From the IMG/VR virus record IMGVR_UViG_3300023174_000118, positions 22,844 to 86,843 of that record: a stretch of 64,000 nt of DNA; one strand, written 5' to 3'. The DNA is from a virus. The notes beneath the pieces were generated by a model that saw nothing but the letters and a program-made list of their open reading frames with translations, made no database searches and was not told the origin of the DNA. This document shows, piece by piece, positions 20,399 to 30,327 of this stretch. Each line of letters begins with the position of its first letter. Position 1 is the first letter of the stretch. A program made the position numbers and the translations under genes.

Positions 20399-20908
20399 CT
20401 AAAGAAATCTGCCTGTTGTGTTTAGATGTCTTGCGTATTTAACCTCAAGGATTACATCGGTAGACAAAAACCCTGCTAATTCTTCAGATGGGGCTGTTGG
20501 AGAAATATCGGCTATAAATATGCTAAAGAATTTGAACTTCTTTGATATGCCAGAATAGGCATTTGCATCTCTAGCCGAATCATCCATTCTTCTAAACAGG
20601 TCTGTCATCAAGTTTCTAATCTCATTTATTTCTGAAACATCTGTTGAATATATAGTAAACAAAATCTGCTCACAGCAGATTGCCCAGTTGTCCTCATATG
20701 ATAGCCCTATCTTGTCATAGACTATATGTTTCTTCCCGCTCAAAAATTGATTCATTTCTGGAGACTGCTGAACAGGTATGATTGGAATAATCTCTTGCCC
20801 TATATTATCTGAATAGTAGTCGGTAGATTTAAAAATGCTATTAGCCGTTAATTCAGACCAAAGGTACTTTCTTAAATCAACCATTATGTCTGCCTTATAA
20901 TCTGTCAT
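20399..20908 (-). CDS. Tail terminator / completion protein
   Basis: Position directly before the tail tube; size and IIPVQQ...IVYD pattern. Confidence 0.65.
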   Translation of the reverse strand: MTDYKADIMVDLRKYLWSELTANSIFKSTDYYSDNIGQEIIPIIPVQQSPEMNQFLSGKKHIVYDKIGLSYEDNWAICCEQILFTIYSTDVSEINEIRNLMTDLFRRMDDSARDANAYSGISKKFKFFSIFIADISPTAPSEELAGFLSTDVILEVKYARHLNTTGRFL

Positions 20909-21687
20909 ACCACACCTCCAAATGCTGAAGCAATTGCTGATTCTGCATGCATATTTAATGTGTTAGCATTAAATGAATATTTAACCTTTTTAATATCTGA
21001 TGGAAGTTTCATTGATTTAGTTAATGATGAATTAAATATTTGTTGAAAACCTGATTTTTTAATTGATAAGTTTATTAAATTACCTGTAAAAAATTGTGCA
21101 TATGCTATTTTGAACCTTCCAGTCGCTTTGCCTCCACCAGGCCTTGTAACGGTCACAGAGGCTCCTTTAGGCATATATACTACTCCAGTACTAGTTTCAA
21201 ATACTAATCGCTCTGCGAACCTAGGACGGATTACTAGAGGCACTCCAGCTTCCATCACAGACGCTTTATTAATAAATACGTGTCTTTTATTTCCAAAGTT
21301 ACTTGGAACAACAGATTTAGAAGGCAAAAAATCAGATGTAATCTTAAATGAAAGTCCATCTGTAGATAGCACTTTTAGCTTAAATAGTCTTGCGCTTTTA
21401 TTGCCAGTCTTTTTCCACTCATATACATGATGCAAAGATTTAGGATTTGTTCTTGATTTTGAATCTATATATAAGCCAAAGTCTTGTTCTATTTGTTTAA
21501 ATATTACAGACTGAAATTTTTTTTGAAATTGTTTATTTGTTGTAATTTTAGAAATAACCTGTGCCTGATAATATATTGCTGCTGATATTTGAGCAACTGT
21601 ACTATCTTTTAAAACGCTGCCAGAGGTGCCAGCCATGCCTTTTTGTAGTCCGCTGGCTGCTGTAACTAATAATGAGCTATTGTCCAA
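20905..21687 (-). CDS. Neck/tail completion protein (basic)
   Basis: Lys-rich; LHHVYEW motif; position in the neck module. Confidence 0.6.
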   Translation of the reverse strand: MDNSSLLVTAASGLQKGMAGTSGSVLKDSTVAQISAAIYYQAQVISKITTNKQFQKKFQSVIFKQIEQDFGLYIDSKSRTNPKSLHHVYEWKKTGNKSARLFKLKVLSTDGLSFKITSDFLPSKSVVPSNFGNKRHVFINKASVMEAGVPLVIRPRFAERLVFETSTGVVYMPKGASVTVTRPGGGKATGRFKIAYAQFFTGNLINLSIKKSGFQQIFNSSLTKSMKLPSDIKKVKYSFNANTLNMHAESAIASAFGGVV

Positions 21688-22105
21688 TTGTCTGATTTTC
21701 CGATCTCTTGACGGTAGAGTTATATCCTAATATTCCGCCTAGCGGATCCGTCATTGGAGTTACTCCCATTACCTCAAATACTGTAGGGGTATTACTAGGA
21801 AAATTTAATTCTTCCCAGATAACTGTTCCTTCTGAGTCTCTAATGTTTGTTATTTTTTCTCTTAGTATAATTTTTTCTGATGTTCTAATTTGTAGCATTT
21901 GCTCATTAACATATTTGTTAGACAATGTTTGTCTATCGCTAGTTCTGCTTGAGGCAGAGTTACTTATAACACCTTTTGCACTGCAAGGTACGGTCCTATC
22001 AAATTGCCATTCTTTTTTTATTGAGCCTGTGTCTGCATCTTGTAAATCAGATTGCTTGTAGACATCCATATACATAGACAAAATAGAGTCAACAAGATCA
22101 TACAT
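21677..22105 (-). CDS. Head-to-tail stopper
   Basis: Follows the adaptor; beta-rich; QDADTGSIKKEW. Confidence 0.7.
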   Translation of the reverse strand: MYDLVDSILSMYMDVYKQSDLQDADTGSIKKEWQFDRTVPCSAKGVISNSASSRTSDRQTLSNKYVNEQMLQIRTSEKIILREKITNIRDSEGTVIWEELNFPSNTPTVFEVMGVTPMTDPLGGILGYNSTVKRSENQTIGQ

Positions 22106-23085
22106 TAGATTACAACCATCTTGTTGATAACATATGGAAGAAGTAATTGATCTGCATAGAGATTACCAGTTCCTGAATATGTACCAGAATTGTACTCGAA
22201 TTTCCAGTCAAATGTCTGTATTGACTTCATATACTTATTACGCCAAACTTTATCTTTTGAAAAATAATCTTTCATTAATTCAATACAGGCAAGATCAACT
22301 TCATCAGGAACTTCTTCCCAGCCAAATCTACCTTGTACTCTATAGGTTATTCCATTTGCAAATACTCCGTTATAGGTATCATTCATTGGAGGAGGAACCA
22401 TTCCATTTGCTGTATACACTGTATTGTCAAGCATATTAGCTCTATTAATTCTTATTCCAAATCCACTTTCTGAAATAATTGTATTATAGTTCCAGTTACT
22501 GACATTAGTTAAATTATTTAAAAGCAGTATATCATTCATATATAACTCATGAAGTTCTGCTAACTTATAAGGTAAAGGCAAAACGTCAGAACCTGATCCA
22601 TATGCTATTTGAACATCGTCATACAAATAGAACTGTTGCTGAGTATATGCTTCAATTAATTTTCTGGCATATCTTTCAGCATTACACAATTCAAAATATG
22701 ATTTAGAATTAGGGTCAGAATAATCAGACCCTAATCCCAAAGCATCAATTGCTTGACTCATATCTGTATATGGAGTTTGCACGTAAACCTTATGGCTTTT
22801 TTCTGTAGATACTGAGCCAACTGTGTATGACCAATTTAGTCTAAGCTGTCTCTGTCTTGTGGTATATGATACTGGAATATATACTACGTATGTACCCGCA
22901 TCTACTTCCGACTTTATTGCCGTTAATGTTGCAAGTATTGTTCCAGGGTTAATAGGTGGAGATATTGCTGGATCTTCTGTAATGTCATATAGCCGAACAA
23001 CTGGAAGACTATCTGAGTCAGTTAGCTTTCCTTGCCAAAACACTTTATGTGTTACTGGTGAATTTGAACCTACTAGAATTTCCAT
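22105..23085 (-). CDS. Head-to-tail adaptor
   Basis: ARKLIEAYTQQQF, VQGRFGWEEVPDEVDLAC, TGNLYADQLLLPY gp6/gp15-like motifs with an N-terminal Ig-like extension. Confidence 0.8.
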   Translation of the reverse strand: MEILVGSNSPVTHKVFWQGKLTDSDSLPVVRLYDITEDPAISPPINPGTILATLTAIKSEVDAGTYVVYIPVSYTTRQRQLRLNWSYTVGSVSTEKSHKVYVQTPYTDMSQAIDALGLGSDYSDPNSKSYFELCNAERYARKLIEAYTQQQFYLYDDVQIAYGSGSDVLPLPYKLAELHELYMNDILLLNNLTNVSNWNYNTIISESGFGIRINRANMLDNTVYTANGMVPPPMNDTYNGVFANGITYRVQGRFGWEEVPDEVDLACIELMKDYFSKDKVWRNKYMKSIQTFDWKFEYNSGTYSGTGNLYADQLLLPYVINKMVVI

Positions 23086-23095
23086 TTAATAAAGG

Positions 23096-23503
23096 TTAAG
23101 CGTAGTACTCCTGAACTTCCTTTGGAGTTGCTAAGCGAAAACCCTCCTCCTTGTCAAAAATTTCTTGAGCATCATCTGCTGTCATTGCAACAAAAGGATG
23201 CTCTTTTGTAAACGTAAATCCAAGAATATCATATCTATAATTCTCTCTAGTCATTCTGACTAGCATTGTGTTTTCTGGTTGAGAATCAAGATTAAATCTT
23301 GGAAGAATTTCTTCAGCGTCTTCGCTAAATTCATCTGCCGCCTTTTCAATATCTTTAATAGTCTTTTGATAAACAGACCAAGTTACTCCCTCTTCGGCAA
23401 GAGCGGCAACAATATCGGCCTTATTCTTTAGTCCATCAGTGTCAACTGCAAAGTCCTCTGCAACTTTTCTGAGTTCTGCTACTTTCAATGTCTCAAATGA
23501 CAT
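23096..23503 (-). CDS. Rho-N-like domain protein next to the capsid gene
   Basis: LKVAELRKVAEDFAV...KNKADIVAAL helix-extension-helix pattern. Confidence 0.65.
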   Translation of the reverse strand: MSFETLKVAELRKVAEDFAVDTDGLKNKADIVAALAEEGVTWSVYQKTIKDIEKAADEFSEDAEEILPRFNLDSQPENTMLVRMTRENYRYDILGFTFTKEHPFVAMTADDAQEIFDKEEGFRLATPKEVQEYYA

Positions 23504-23553
23504 ATATTCTCCTTTGTTAGGTTCTTCAATTATAGCATTGTTAAATTAAAATG

Positions 23554-23579
23554 AAAAGCCCCCAAAATTAATTGGGGGC
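23554..23579 (-). terminator. Intrinsic terminator after the major capsid gene
   Basis: GCCCCCAA-N6-TTGGGGGC followed by TTTT. Confidence 0.8.
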
Positions 23580-23604
23580 CTCTCTGGGGCTAATTCTTAA
23601 TTAA

Positions 23605-24654
23605 TTAAGAAGCAACCTTAACGTTCTTTACGACAACCCAAGCATCTGCTTGTTCGATCTGGACGCCAACACGAGTATACATTGTGTACTCGATTGAGTC
23701 CTTACGTGGCCAGAAGAAACGGTAAACAGTTACATCACGCTTGATTCCAATAACAACGTTATTTGGGAATGACAAGTGGATATCTCCGTGTGAACCTGAA
23801 GCTCCTGAGTGTGTTCCAGTCTGTGTCTCGTTAAGAAGTGGTACTTCAACAATTGGAATACCAAATGCGAATGGTGCCACATATCCTGCTGGGCCACCTA
23901 CTGGTGCTGTTCCTCCACGGATAATGCTTGAAGCGATGTCCTGTGGAATTGTCTGATTTGTTCCAATGCTGTTAGCATATAGGAAGTCCTGAATCAAGTT
24001 TGATCCAGCAAGGAAGCGAAGGTCTGCACGACGTTGCTTGTACTTACGTGGCATAGCCTTAAGTGCCTTGTTGAATACTTCACGAGAAACTCCAGCGCCA
24101 GCTGCGTCTACGACACGACCTGATGCCTTTGCCTTCTTTACAACGCCATCAAATGACTTGTAAAGAGCGTCTGAAGAAAGTGATGTGTCACCGTTAAGAA
24201 TAACATCTTCGATGTCATTTCCTGCTTGTGTTGCCATCAAACGTGCAATATGATCTTCTAGATCTGCACCTTCGATGTTATCTTCTAGAGACTCTGTTGA
24301 AAGCTCCCAATCCATGCGGAGTTTCTTTGTTGTTAAAGAAATTTTTGAGAAAGTTACGGCACTGTTAGCACCATCGTTATCTCCTTCGGTTGCAAGCTTC
24401 ATAAGCTTCTCACCAACGGACATACGGTCGATCTCGGCTGTGTCTGACTTCATACGAACTGTACGTGCAACTTTACCGATTACGGTTGCGTCGAACATAT
24501 AGTCAAGGAAGCGAGCAGATTGTTCTGGGTTTAGAAGACCACCATTGCCATTTTCAGACGCTGTGTGTACTCCTGAACCACCAGTTGTTGAAGCAAAAGT
24601 ACCACGAGCTGTTGTGCCTGTAGCAATTGCTTTTTCTAATGTTTCATTACTCAT
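23605..24654 (-). CDS. Major capsid protein (HK97 fold)
   Basis: GGLLNPEQSARF, ELSTESLEDNIEG, EDVILNGD; biased codon usage; follows the protease/scaffold gene. Confidence 0.92.
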   Translation of the reverse strand: MSNETLEKAIATGTTARGTFASTTGGSGVHTASENGNGGLLNPEQSARFLDYMFDATVIGKVARTVRMKSDTAEIDRMSVGEKLMKLATEGDNDGANSAVTFSKISLTTKKLRMDWELSTESLEDNIEGADLEDHIARLMATQAGNDIEDVILNGDTSLSSDALYKSFDGVVKKAKASGRVVDAAGAGVSREVFNKALKAMPRKYKQRRADLRFLAGSNLIQDFLYANSIGTNQTIPQDIASSIIRGGTAPVGGPAGYVAPFAFGIPIVEVPLLNETQTGTHSGASGSHGDIHLSFPNNVVIGIKRDVTVYRFFWPRKDSIEYTMYTRVGVQIEQADAWVVVKNVKVAS

Positions 24655-24670
24655 TTATTTTTCACCTACC

Positions 24671-25219
24671 TTAGTTAAATATTTCGTTCACGGAACCGAG
24701 GAAAGAACCGTTCCATTTAGATTTTTTGATTGTTACCTCTTCTGATCGGCCAAGATCTGAAGACTTCTTAATTGCAGTCTCTGATTCTACTGCATCGACA
24801 CGCTTTTGTACACCATCAATCGTGCTCTTGATATCATTTACAGCACTTGAAAGCACTGTGTGTTGTTCTGCCAACTCTGAAATTCTAGCATCTACGCTCT
24901 TGCTGAAAGATTCAACAGTCTCTTGGATTGTTGTTACCTGTGCTGCATTTGCTTCTGATGCCTTGTTTAGAGTTTCTGAGAAAAAGCCTTTTAGATCGCC
25001 TAACATCTTCGCAAAATCAGGTTCATCAACCTTATCTTCTGATACTTCGGCTGCTTTTTCCAGAGTTTCGGCAGGAACGTCTTCTGCTACTGCATCTTCT
25101 GCAGGCGCCTCAGCTGGAGCTGCATCTTCTGCAACAACTGCTGTCTCTTCAACGGCTACTTCAACTGCTGCATCTACTGCAACGTCTTCAGCAACTACGT
25201 TTTCTGTGTTATCTGACAT
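24671..25219 (-). CDS. Nested in-frame scaffolding protein
   Basis: Internal GAAGGAGGT SD a few nt before the in-frame ATG 25219 (MSDNTENVV...), at the compositional boundary. Confidence 0.7.
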   Translation of the reverse strand: MSDNTENVVAEDVAVDAAVEVAVEETAVVAEDAAPAEAPAEDAVAEDVPAETLEKAAEVSEDKVDEPDFAKMLGDLKGFFSETLNKASEANAAQVTTIQETVESFSKSVDARISELAEQHTVLSSAVNDIKSTIDGVQKRVDAVESETAIKKSSDLGRSEEVTIKKSKWNGSFLGSVNEIFN

Positions 25220-26008
25220 TTCATTACCTCCTTCTGCGTTTGCCTGTTTTGCAATTTTTTGTGTATCAGGCAACGTAAATCTTGAATGCTTGTACGCATC
25301 AAGAATCTTATCAATCTCTTTTGCTTTGTTAACATCTGAACTCTCAACCCAACCAATTAGTTGTGCTGGCTTACCAGATACTGGTGAGTCATATGTTTTC
25401 TCTGTTGAGATAAAAACAGAGTTACTGTCTTCACAGTAAAAAATATTTTCGGTTACAACATCTACTGCTATACCCTTTGCAATGTATTGTCCATTTACTT
25501 TCTGAATAGAAAGAATGTTACAAAGCTCATTTGCTGGAGAGTCTACAATTGATAGTTCCATCAATTCATAGTCTTTAATAAATCTTACAGTTTTACCCGT
25601 AGCCTTATTAACTTCATTATCTGACTCTTTAATCTTTCCGCCGATTGAGAATCCTGAAAGAGTTCCATCTAGAACTTTTTCCCAACTGTCCTGTGCGCCT
25701 TTTGAAATGTATGCTGTGACATAAACTCCGTTATAAAATTCTTTAGTTGCTGGGTCATAGAAAGTTTCTGGCTTAAAAGAAACCATTTTTCCAACTGCAA
25801 GAGATCCGTGCATTTCACGAATGTTTCCACGGAAACTTTCAAATGCTTTTACGCTTGCTTCTGATGTTACAACATCGCCTGTTTGATCAACATTGTCTAG
25901 TGTTGCAAAACCAGAGACAGTTCTTTTTTCACGGTTAACTTTAGTGAAAGGAACAGACAAGTTAATGTCGTTGCCATGGCTAGTCCATAAAGACTTTTCA
26001 ATATTCAT
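24671..26008 (-). CDS. HK97-type prohead protease fused to an acidic scaffold
   Basis: RTVSGFA, DQTGD, REMH, GFSIGG, ELSIVDSPAN; Ala/Glu-rich coiled-coil C-terminus. Confidence 0.9.
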   Translation of the reverse strand: MNIEKSLWTSHGNDINLSVPFTKVNREKRTVSGFATLDNVDQTGDVVTSEASVKAFESFRGNIREMHGSLAVGKMVSFKPETFYDPATKEFYNGVYVTAYISKGAQDSWEKVLDGTLSGFSIGGKIKESDNEVNKATGKTVRFIKDYELMELSIVDSPANELCNILSIQKVNGQYIAKGIAVDVVTENIFYCEDSNSVFISTEKTYDSPVSGKPAQLIGWVESSDVNKAKEIDKILDAYKHSRFTLPDTQKIAKQANAEGGNEMSDNTENVVAEDVAVDAAVEVAVEETAVVAEDAAPAEAPAEDAVAEDVPAETLEKAAEVSEDKVDEPDFAKMLGDLKGFFSETLNKASEANAAQVTTIQETVESFSKSVDARISELAEQHTVLSSAVNDIKSTIDGVQKRVDAVESETAIKKSSDLGRSEEVTIKKSKWNGSFLGSVNEIFN

Positions 26009-26061
26009 ATGCTTAATTTTATCTACTTATAGATAAAAAGGCAAATAACAGTTGAGTAGAG

Positions 26062-27645
26062 TTAGTCAACCTGTCTGCCATCGCCCTTAGCATTTCTTCC
26101 CTCTCCAGAAATATCTGGGGTGGTTGCTTGGCGATTTTGGGATCTTTGTCTGGTATTTCCAGCCACGGCTGTCTGCTCGGCCTTTGCTGGACCCTTAAGT
26201 TCAATAACATTATCTCCGCCATCTAGCGGGATCATGCCTTTTCTAATTCTAACTTCATTAGGGGTAATTACCTGCATTCTTAAATATCTTTCGTCAATTT
26301 TAGACTGAGTATCTTCATCAGTTAAAGTTAATTCATTAAATTTAAGTACTAGGGCATCTGTCTTTTCCTCAAATATTTTATTTACTTTTTTCTCTAAAAT
26401 CATTTGGGCTGGACGACAAACCTGCTCTTTAAATGTTTTATCAGCATCTCTTGCTACCGCTAAATTGACTCCTTCTGGAGTTCCAATTTTATTAATTGGG
26501 ACACGGTGGGCCAATAGAATTTCATCTCTATTTGATTTACGATAAATATTAAATGATGATTCCTGTGGATTTGCTTCCACTGGCTCCATTTTAAATTCTG
26601 TCTTTGAGTCGGGGGTATCTCCTGGAAGTGGTATATATAGGGATCTATGATTCTTTCCCTTTAATCCGACCTGGAAAAACTCAAGCAATTTTCTCTCTGA
26701 CTCTGGAGAAAGCTTTGCTCCCTTTACTGTAATAATATATCTTGGGACCGCTTTGTTTTCAAAATAATCTAGGTTGTATCTGCCAGATAATTCATTACCT
26801 GCAAGGGCTACCTGTGCGGCAATAATGTCTGGGATTCCGTAGTAGTTATTCATGGGGGTATATTTCTTCAAATGAATAATTTCATTTGGACGATCTTCTT
26901 GTCCAGCGATTGGATTTTCTGTTTCTGTATCTCCAAAGTTATTGAAGAATACTGCCTTGCCATATAGCAATTGAATAAATCCATCTCTTAGTCTACGCAC
27001 ACGCATTGTCTTTGCTGGGATATGACCAATATATCCAATGTTTCCGCCAGTGGTTCTTCCTATTTCAATATAGCCATTTCCTGTTGCTTCTAAATCTGTA
27101 TAAGTCTTTATTAAAGTTTGAGTAAATGTATCTTCTTCATTTGTTGTATCAAGCCATGCGTGAATATCTTGGCGTAACTTACTTATTTTTCTACGTGCTC
27201 TTTCAAGAGACTTATCATCTGTAAGTCCATCGAGGGCATCATTTGTTTTCTTTGTTTCTACAAAATCATATCCTAGGCCAACTATGTTGGCAACCTTTGC
27301 ATTAATTGCTGCGTAGTTATATGTTGATGTTTCATACACTACCGAAAGGTATTCAAGGTTATATGTTGGCTCTACCAAATCGAACATAGCATATCCTGTA
27401 ATAGCTTGTGCTAATAGGTTTTGCTGTGTTCCCGTTCCTTCTACGCCAGTAAACGATTTAGAAAATTCTCTGCTTATTTTTCTCTTAAATGAAGAACCCA
27501 GTCCTCTAACTTTTTTTAATTCATCTATTCCTGCAGCAAATGGGTCATTGCTTACTTGATCCTTTTTTAAGGAGAACCAGTCTGCTGTGTTTGAAATATC
27601 AATTATATTTTCAGAACTTTCATCATCAATAAATTCTACGGTCAT
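26062..27645 (-). CDS. Portal protein (PBSX/HK97-like)
   Basis: DLEATGNGYIE, NEIIHLK, YYGIPD, YFENKAVP, EILLAHRVP, ITPNEVR. Confidence 0.92.
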   Translation of the reverse strand: MTVEFIDDESSENIIDISNTADWFSLKKDQVSNDPFAAGIDELKKVRGLGSSFKRKISREFSKSFTGVEGTGTQQNLLAQAITGYAMFDLVEPTYNLEYLSVVYETSTYNYAAINAKVANIVGLGYDFVETKKTNDALDGLTDDKSLERARRKISKLRQDIHAWLDTTNEEDTFTQTLIKTYTDLEATGNGYIEIGRTTGGNIGYIGHIPAKTMRVRRLRDGFIQLLYGKAVFFNNFGDTETENPIAGQEDRPNEIIHLKKYTPMNNYYGIPDIIAAQVALAGNELSGRYNLDYFENKAVPRYIITVKGAKLSPESERKLLEFFQVGLKGKNHRSLYIPLPGDTPDSKTEFKMEPVEANPQESSFNIYRKSNRDEILLAHRVPINKIGTPEGVNLAVARDADKTFKEQVCRPAQMILEKKVNKIFEEKTDALVLKFNELTLTDEDTQSKIDERYLRMQVITPNEVRIRKGMIPLDGGDNVIELKGPAKAEQTAVAGNTRQRSQNRQATTPDISGEGRNAKGDGRQVD

Positions 27646-27983
27646 CTCATACCTTTCAACTTTTTCATCTCGTCTTTATAGTTTCCAATATCTAATGGAT
27701 CTGGAACTAATCCCCAGTCAAGTCTTTGTTTTTGGTGTTGGAATTCCTCATCGTCAATCTTCCTTCTTCCAGAAAGAAATTTAGGCCCGCCTTCATATAT
27801 ACCGAATGAGCGAACTTCTCTAGCCAAAGCATCGATCTTGGATCTATTTCCTTTTTTGGCCGTGATTGAAAGAAAGTTGCCATCATCGTCCCCAATCCAT
27901 CTACCGTCAGGCATTTGCCAAACATATATTCCGAGAGTTGTTTCTTCTTCAAGAATCTTGGTATTTATACGATTAATATCCAT
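27642..27983 (-). CDS. Conserved-looking hypothetical protein coupled to the portal gene
   Basis: ATGA overlap with the portal; GIYVWQMPDG, GLVPDPLD. Confidence 0.75.
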   Translation of the reverse strand: MDINRINTKILEEETTLGIYVWQMPDGRWIGDDDGNFLSITAKKGNRSKIDALAREVRSFGIYEGGPKFLSGRRKIDDEEFQHQKQRLDWGLVPDPLDIGNYKDEMKKLKGMR

Positions 27984-28046
27984 AGTGATTTATTTTACCA
28001 TTATTTCTTACTCAAGTCCAGCTTTTTGTCACAAGATTGGACAATT

Positions 28047-29897
28047 TTATATACTTTGCAACACAATCCAGTCATTGTTATATGATTCAATTCCTTTTTC
28101 TGTCATAGTAATTGCCAAATCTTGTACTGAAATAGCAGGTCTTCCGACATATAAATCATAATGAGTGGCAGCAATAGTGGATGTCAATTCCTTTGCATAT
28201 ATAGCAATATTGTTATATAGACAGGATGGGCCTCCTGAAACTAAATAATTAAATTTTAATATGCCTGAAGCAGGTTGTGTTAAAACTATTATAATATGAT
28301 GAAGTTGATTTACCGAGAATACGCCTGATATATTTGTCTGACTTGTTTTGTCTATTCCGTTTACGTATATCTTTAATATATTGGTCTTTGTTATGGTCCC
28401 ATCGTTTGTCCAAGAGTACCTAGAAGCTGCGTACGAGCCCGTAGAGACGGTATCTAACAAGGTGTTAGCAGTAAGTGCAGAAGGTGTTAAAAACATCTCT
28501 AATGACTTTACAGAGCCTGTAGTGGTCAAATTAAAGCCTGCTCCCGCCTTGGTTCTTATTCCATTGTCATAATGCCTAGAAAGAAGAGGGTAATTTAATG
28601 ATCCAAGGTAATACTCAGTTGAAGATGAAATTATGTCTCCATAATTATCTGCATAAACATCTTTGTTGGTATAAAAACTAACTGCAAAATATGCCAGTCT
28701 TGGCAAAAATTTGCTAGCATCTGTAGTAGCCATAGTTATTTTAATATGAACCACACCCGTGCTGCTAAATGAATCTTTTGTATATTGAGCTAATGGCTGT
28801 CCATTTGAACAATTTTGCCAGTTTGTTCCATCTACACTTGATTCAACTGTAATACCCAGATCATTTCTCCATTCAACCTTTGAGCTTACAAATGGAATTT
28901 GGCTAGGTATTAAAAATGAATCTTGTAATATAAATGTTTTTGACTGTACTGATTCTGTTTTATAAAAAGATATATATCCTGCAGACTCATTGTAGTAGGT
29001 ATTACTATCAATAAATTCCGACCAATTTCTATTTACTGGATAAGAATATTGAAACTGTGCTCTTATAGAGGCATCTGTGCAAGAAAAAAGAATTCCCTCA
29101 TCGGGGGCAACAACTTGAATGGCTGGAGCAGAAAAATTACCATCTGCATAATGTCTTTGAATAGAGGCATTAGAAAGGGAATGTCTATAAATTGCTGGTC
29201 CATCAATTATAAAAGAATCTCCAGAAGAAGCGGTTGGCCCAACAGAAATAGATAATGTTGTATTTGTAAATTTAAATCCGTCGACTAAAGATTTATTTGC
29301 TACCAATCTTCCATCGACATATAAAGAAATTGAATATACGGAGTATACTCCTACTAGGTGTAGTGCTCTTTTAGAGTATGTTACTGGATACCTAATTGAT
29401 TCTGTAGCAGATGCCTTAAAAACAACATCTCCATTTTCCCAGTACAGTCCTATATTATTTGCACTATCTGACATAATTGGAGTTTGAGATGTTGAAACAA
29501 TTGAAGGGTATATCCAACATTCTATGGTAAAGTCATTATCAGATGAATATTTAGTTCCCATACCTTGGGTTGTTGAAATTCCGTAATAGTTTTTATTTAT
29601 AGGAAGAGTAATTGATGAGCTGCTATTTATTGTTGTTCCAAAAACTCCGCCCGAAACTAGGGGTAGGGCATCTGTATATATATCTCCAACATATGTTCCA
29701 TCGTTTCCGCACCCAGAAACATCATAAACTACAGTGTCTATAACATTTAAATATGTTAAAAAATCATTTTCAAATGCTTGATATGTTGCATAATTATCTT
29801 TAACGTCTTGATATGTTTTTATCGTTGCATTATGTATTTCCGTTAATGGATAATATGCAATAGGATGATCTTTTAATACTTTTAATTTATATGACAT
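28047..29897 (-). CDS. LamG/concanavalin A-like domain structural protein
   Basis: LKDHPIAYYPL, DFTIECWIYP, HLVGVY...LYVDG, IYRHSLS; second LamG-like C-terminal domain. Confidence 0.8.
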   Translation of the reverse strand: MSYKLKVLKDHPIAYYPLTEIHNATIKTYQDVKDNYATYQAFENDFLTYLNVIDTVVYDVSGCGNDGTYVGDIYTDALPLVSGGVFGTTINSSSSITLPINKNYYGISTTQGMGTKYSSDNDFTIECWIYPSIVSTSQTPIMSDSANNIGLYWENGDVVFKASATESIRYPVTYSKRALHLVGVYSVYSISLYVDGRLVANKSLVDGFKFTNTTLSISVGPTASSGDSFIIDGPAIYRHSLSNASIQRHYADGNFSAPAIQVVAPDEGILFSCTDASIRAQFQYSYPVNRNWSEFIDSNTYYNESAGYISFYKTESVQSKTFILQDSFLIPSQIPFVSSKVEWRNDLGITVESSVDGTNWQNCSNGQPLAQYTKDSFSSTGVVHIKITMATTDASKFLPRLAYFAVSFYTNKDVYADNYGDIISSSTEYYLGSLNYPLLSRHYDNGIRTKAGAGFNLTTTGSVKSLEMFLTPSALTANTLLDTVSTGSYAASRYSWTNDGTITKTNILKIYVNGIDKTSQTNISGVFSVNQLHHIIIVLTQPASGILKFNYLVSGGPSCLYNNIAIYAKELTSTIAATHYDLYVGRPAISVQDLAITMTEKGIESYNNDWIVLQSI

Positions 29898-29938
29898 TTT
29901 TTATACCTCCCTTCTTTTTGTTAATAAGTACAGCAAAA

Positions 29939-29969
29939 GTACCTACGAATGAGTTATCATTTTAGGCAC
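29939..29969 (-). terminator. Bulged hairpin followed by TTTT
   Basis: GTGCCTA-A-AATGA-TAAC-TCATT-CG-TAGGTAC-TTTT between 30006 and 29897. Confidence 0.45.
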
Positions 29970-30005
29970 TATTGTTTATAAAACATTTAGATATTCTATT
30001 TATAT

Positions 30006-30305
30006 TTACAAAGATTGTAAAACAGTAAGAATAGCTTTTGCTTTATTCATTTCTACAGTTTCAGTACGAATTGCTGCATAGCATTGATCTGCATACCATA
30101 ATTGTGATAGAAGCTCTACATCTTCCATATCATGAACTGTTGCAATTGTTGCATGCTTATCAGTTGCTCCACGATATTCAAGAAGGCGTGTAGGCCATTC
30201 TTGTGGAAGTGTTGCAAGGATTGCTGTATACATGGCAATGTTTGCCTCATATTGTGCAACTTCTGCTTCTCTTGCCTGTAGTGGTGTCATTGGTGTATCT
30301 GTCAT
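30006..30305 (-). CDS. Small helical protein, possible tip chaperone
   Basis: SD AGGAG; closes the fibre-adaptor-propeller cassette. Confidence 0.65.
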   Translation of the reverse strand: MTDTPMTPLQAREAEVAQYEANIAMYTAILATLPQEWPTRLLEYRGATDKHATIATVHDMEDVELLSQLWYADQCYAAIRTETVEMNKAKAILTVLQSL

Positions 30306-30327
30306 TTTATTTCTCCTTTTCTATTTT

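Noticed and set aside
24726-25439. 237-aa plus-strand ORF
   Set aside because: Antisense to the biased-codon scaffold region; a shadow ORF.
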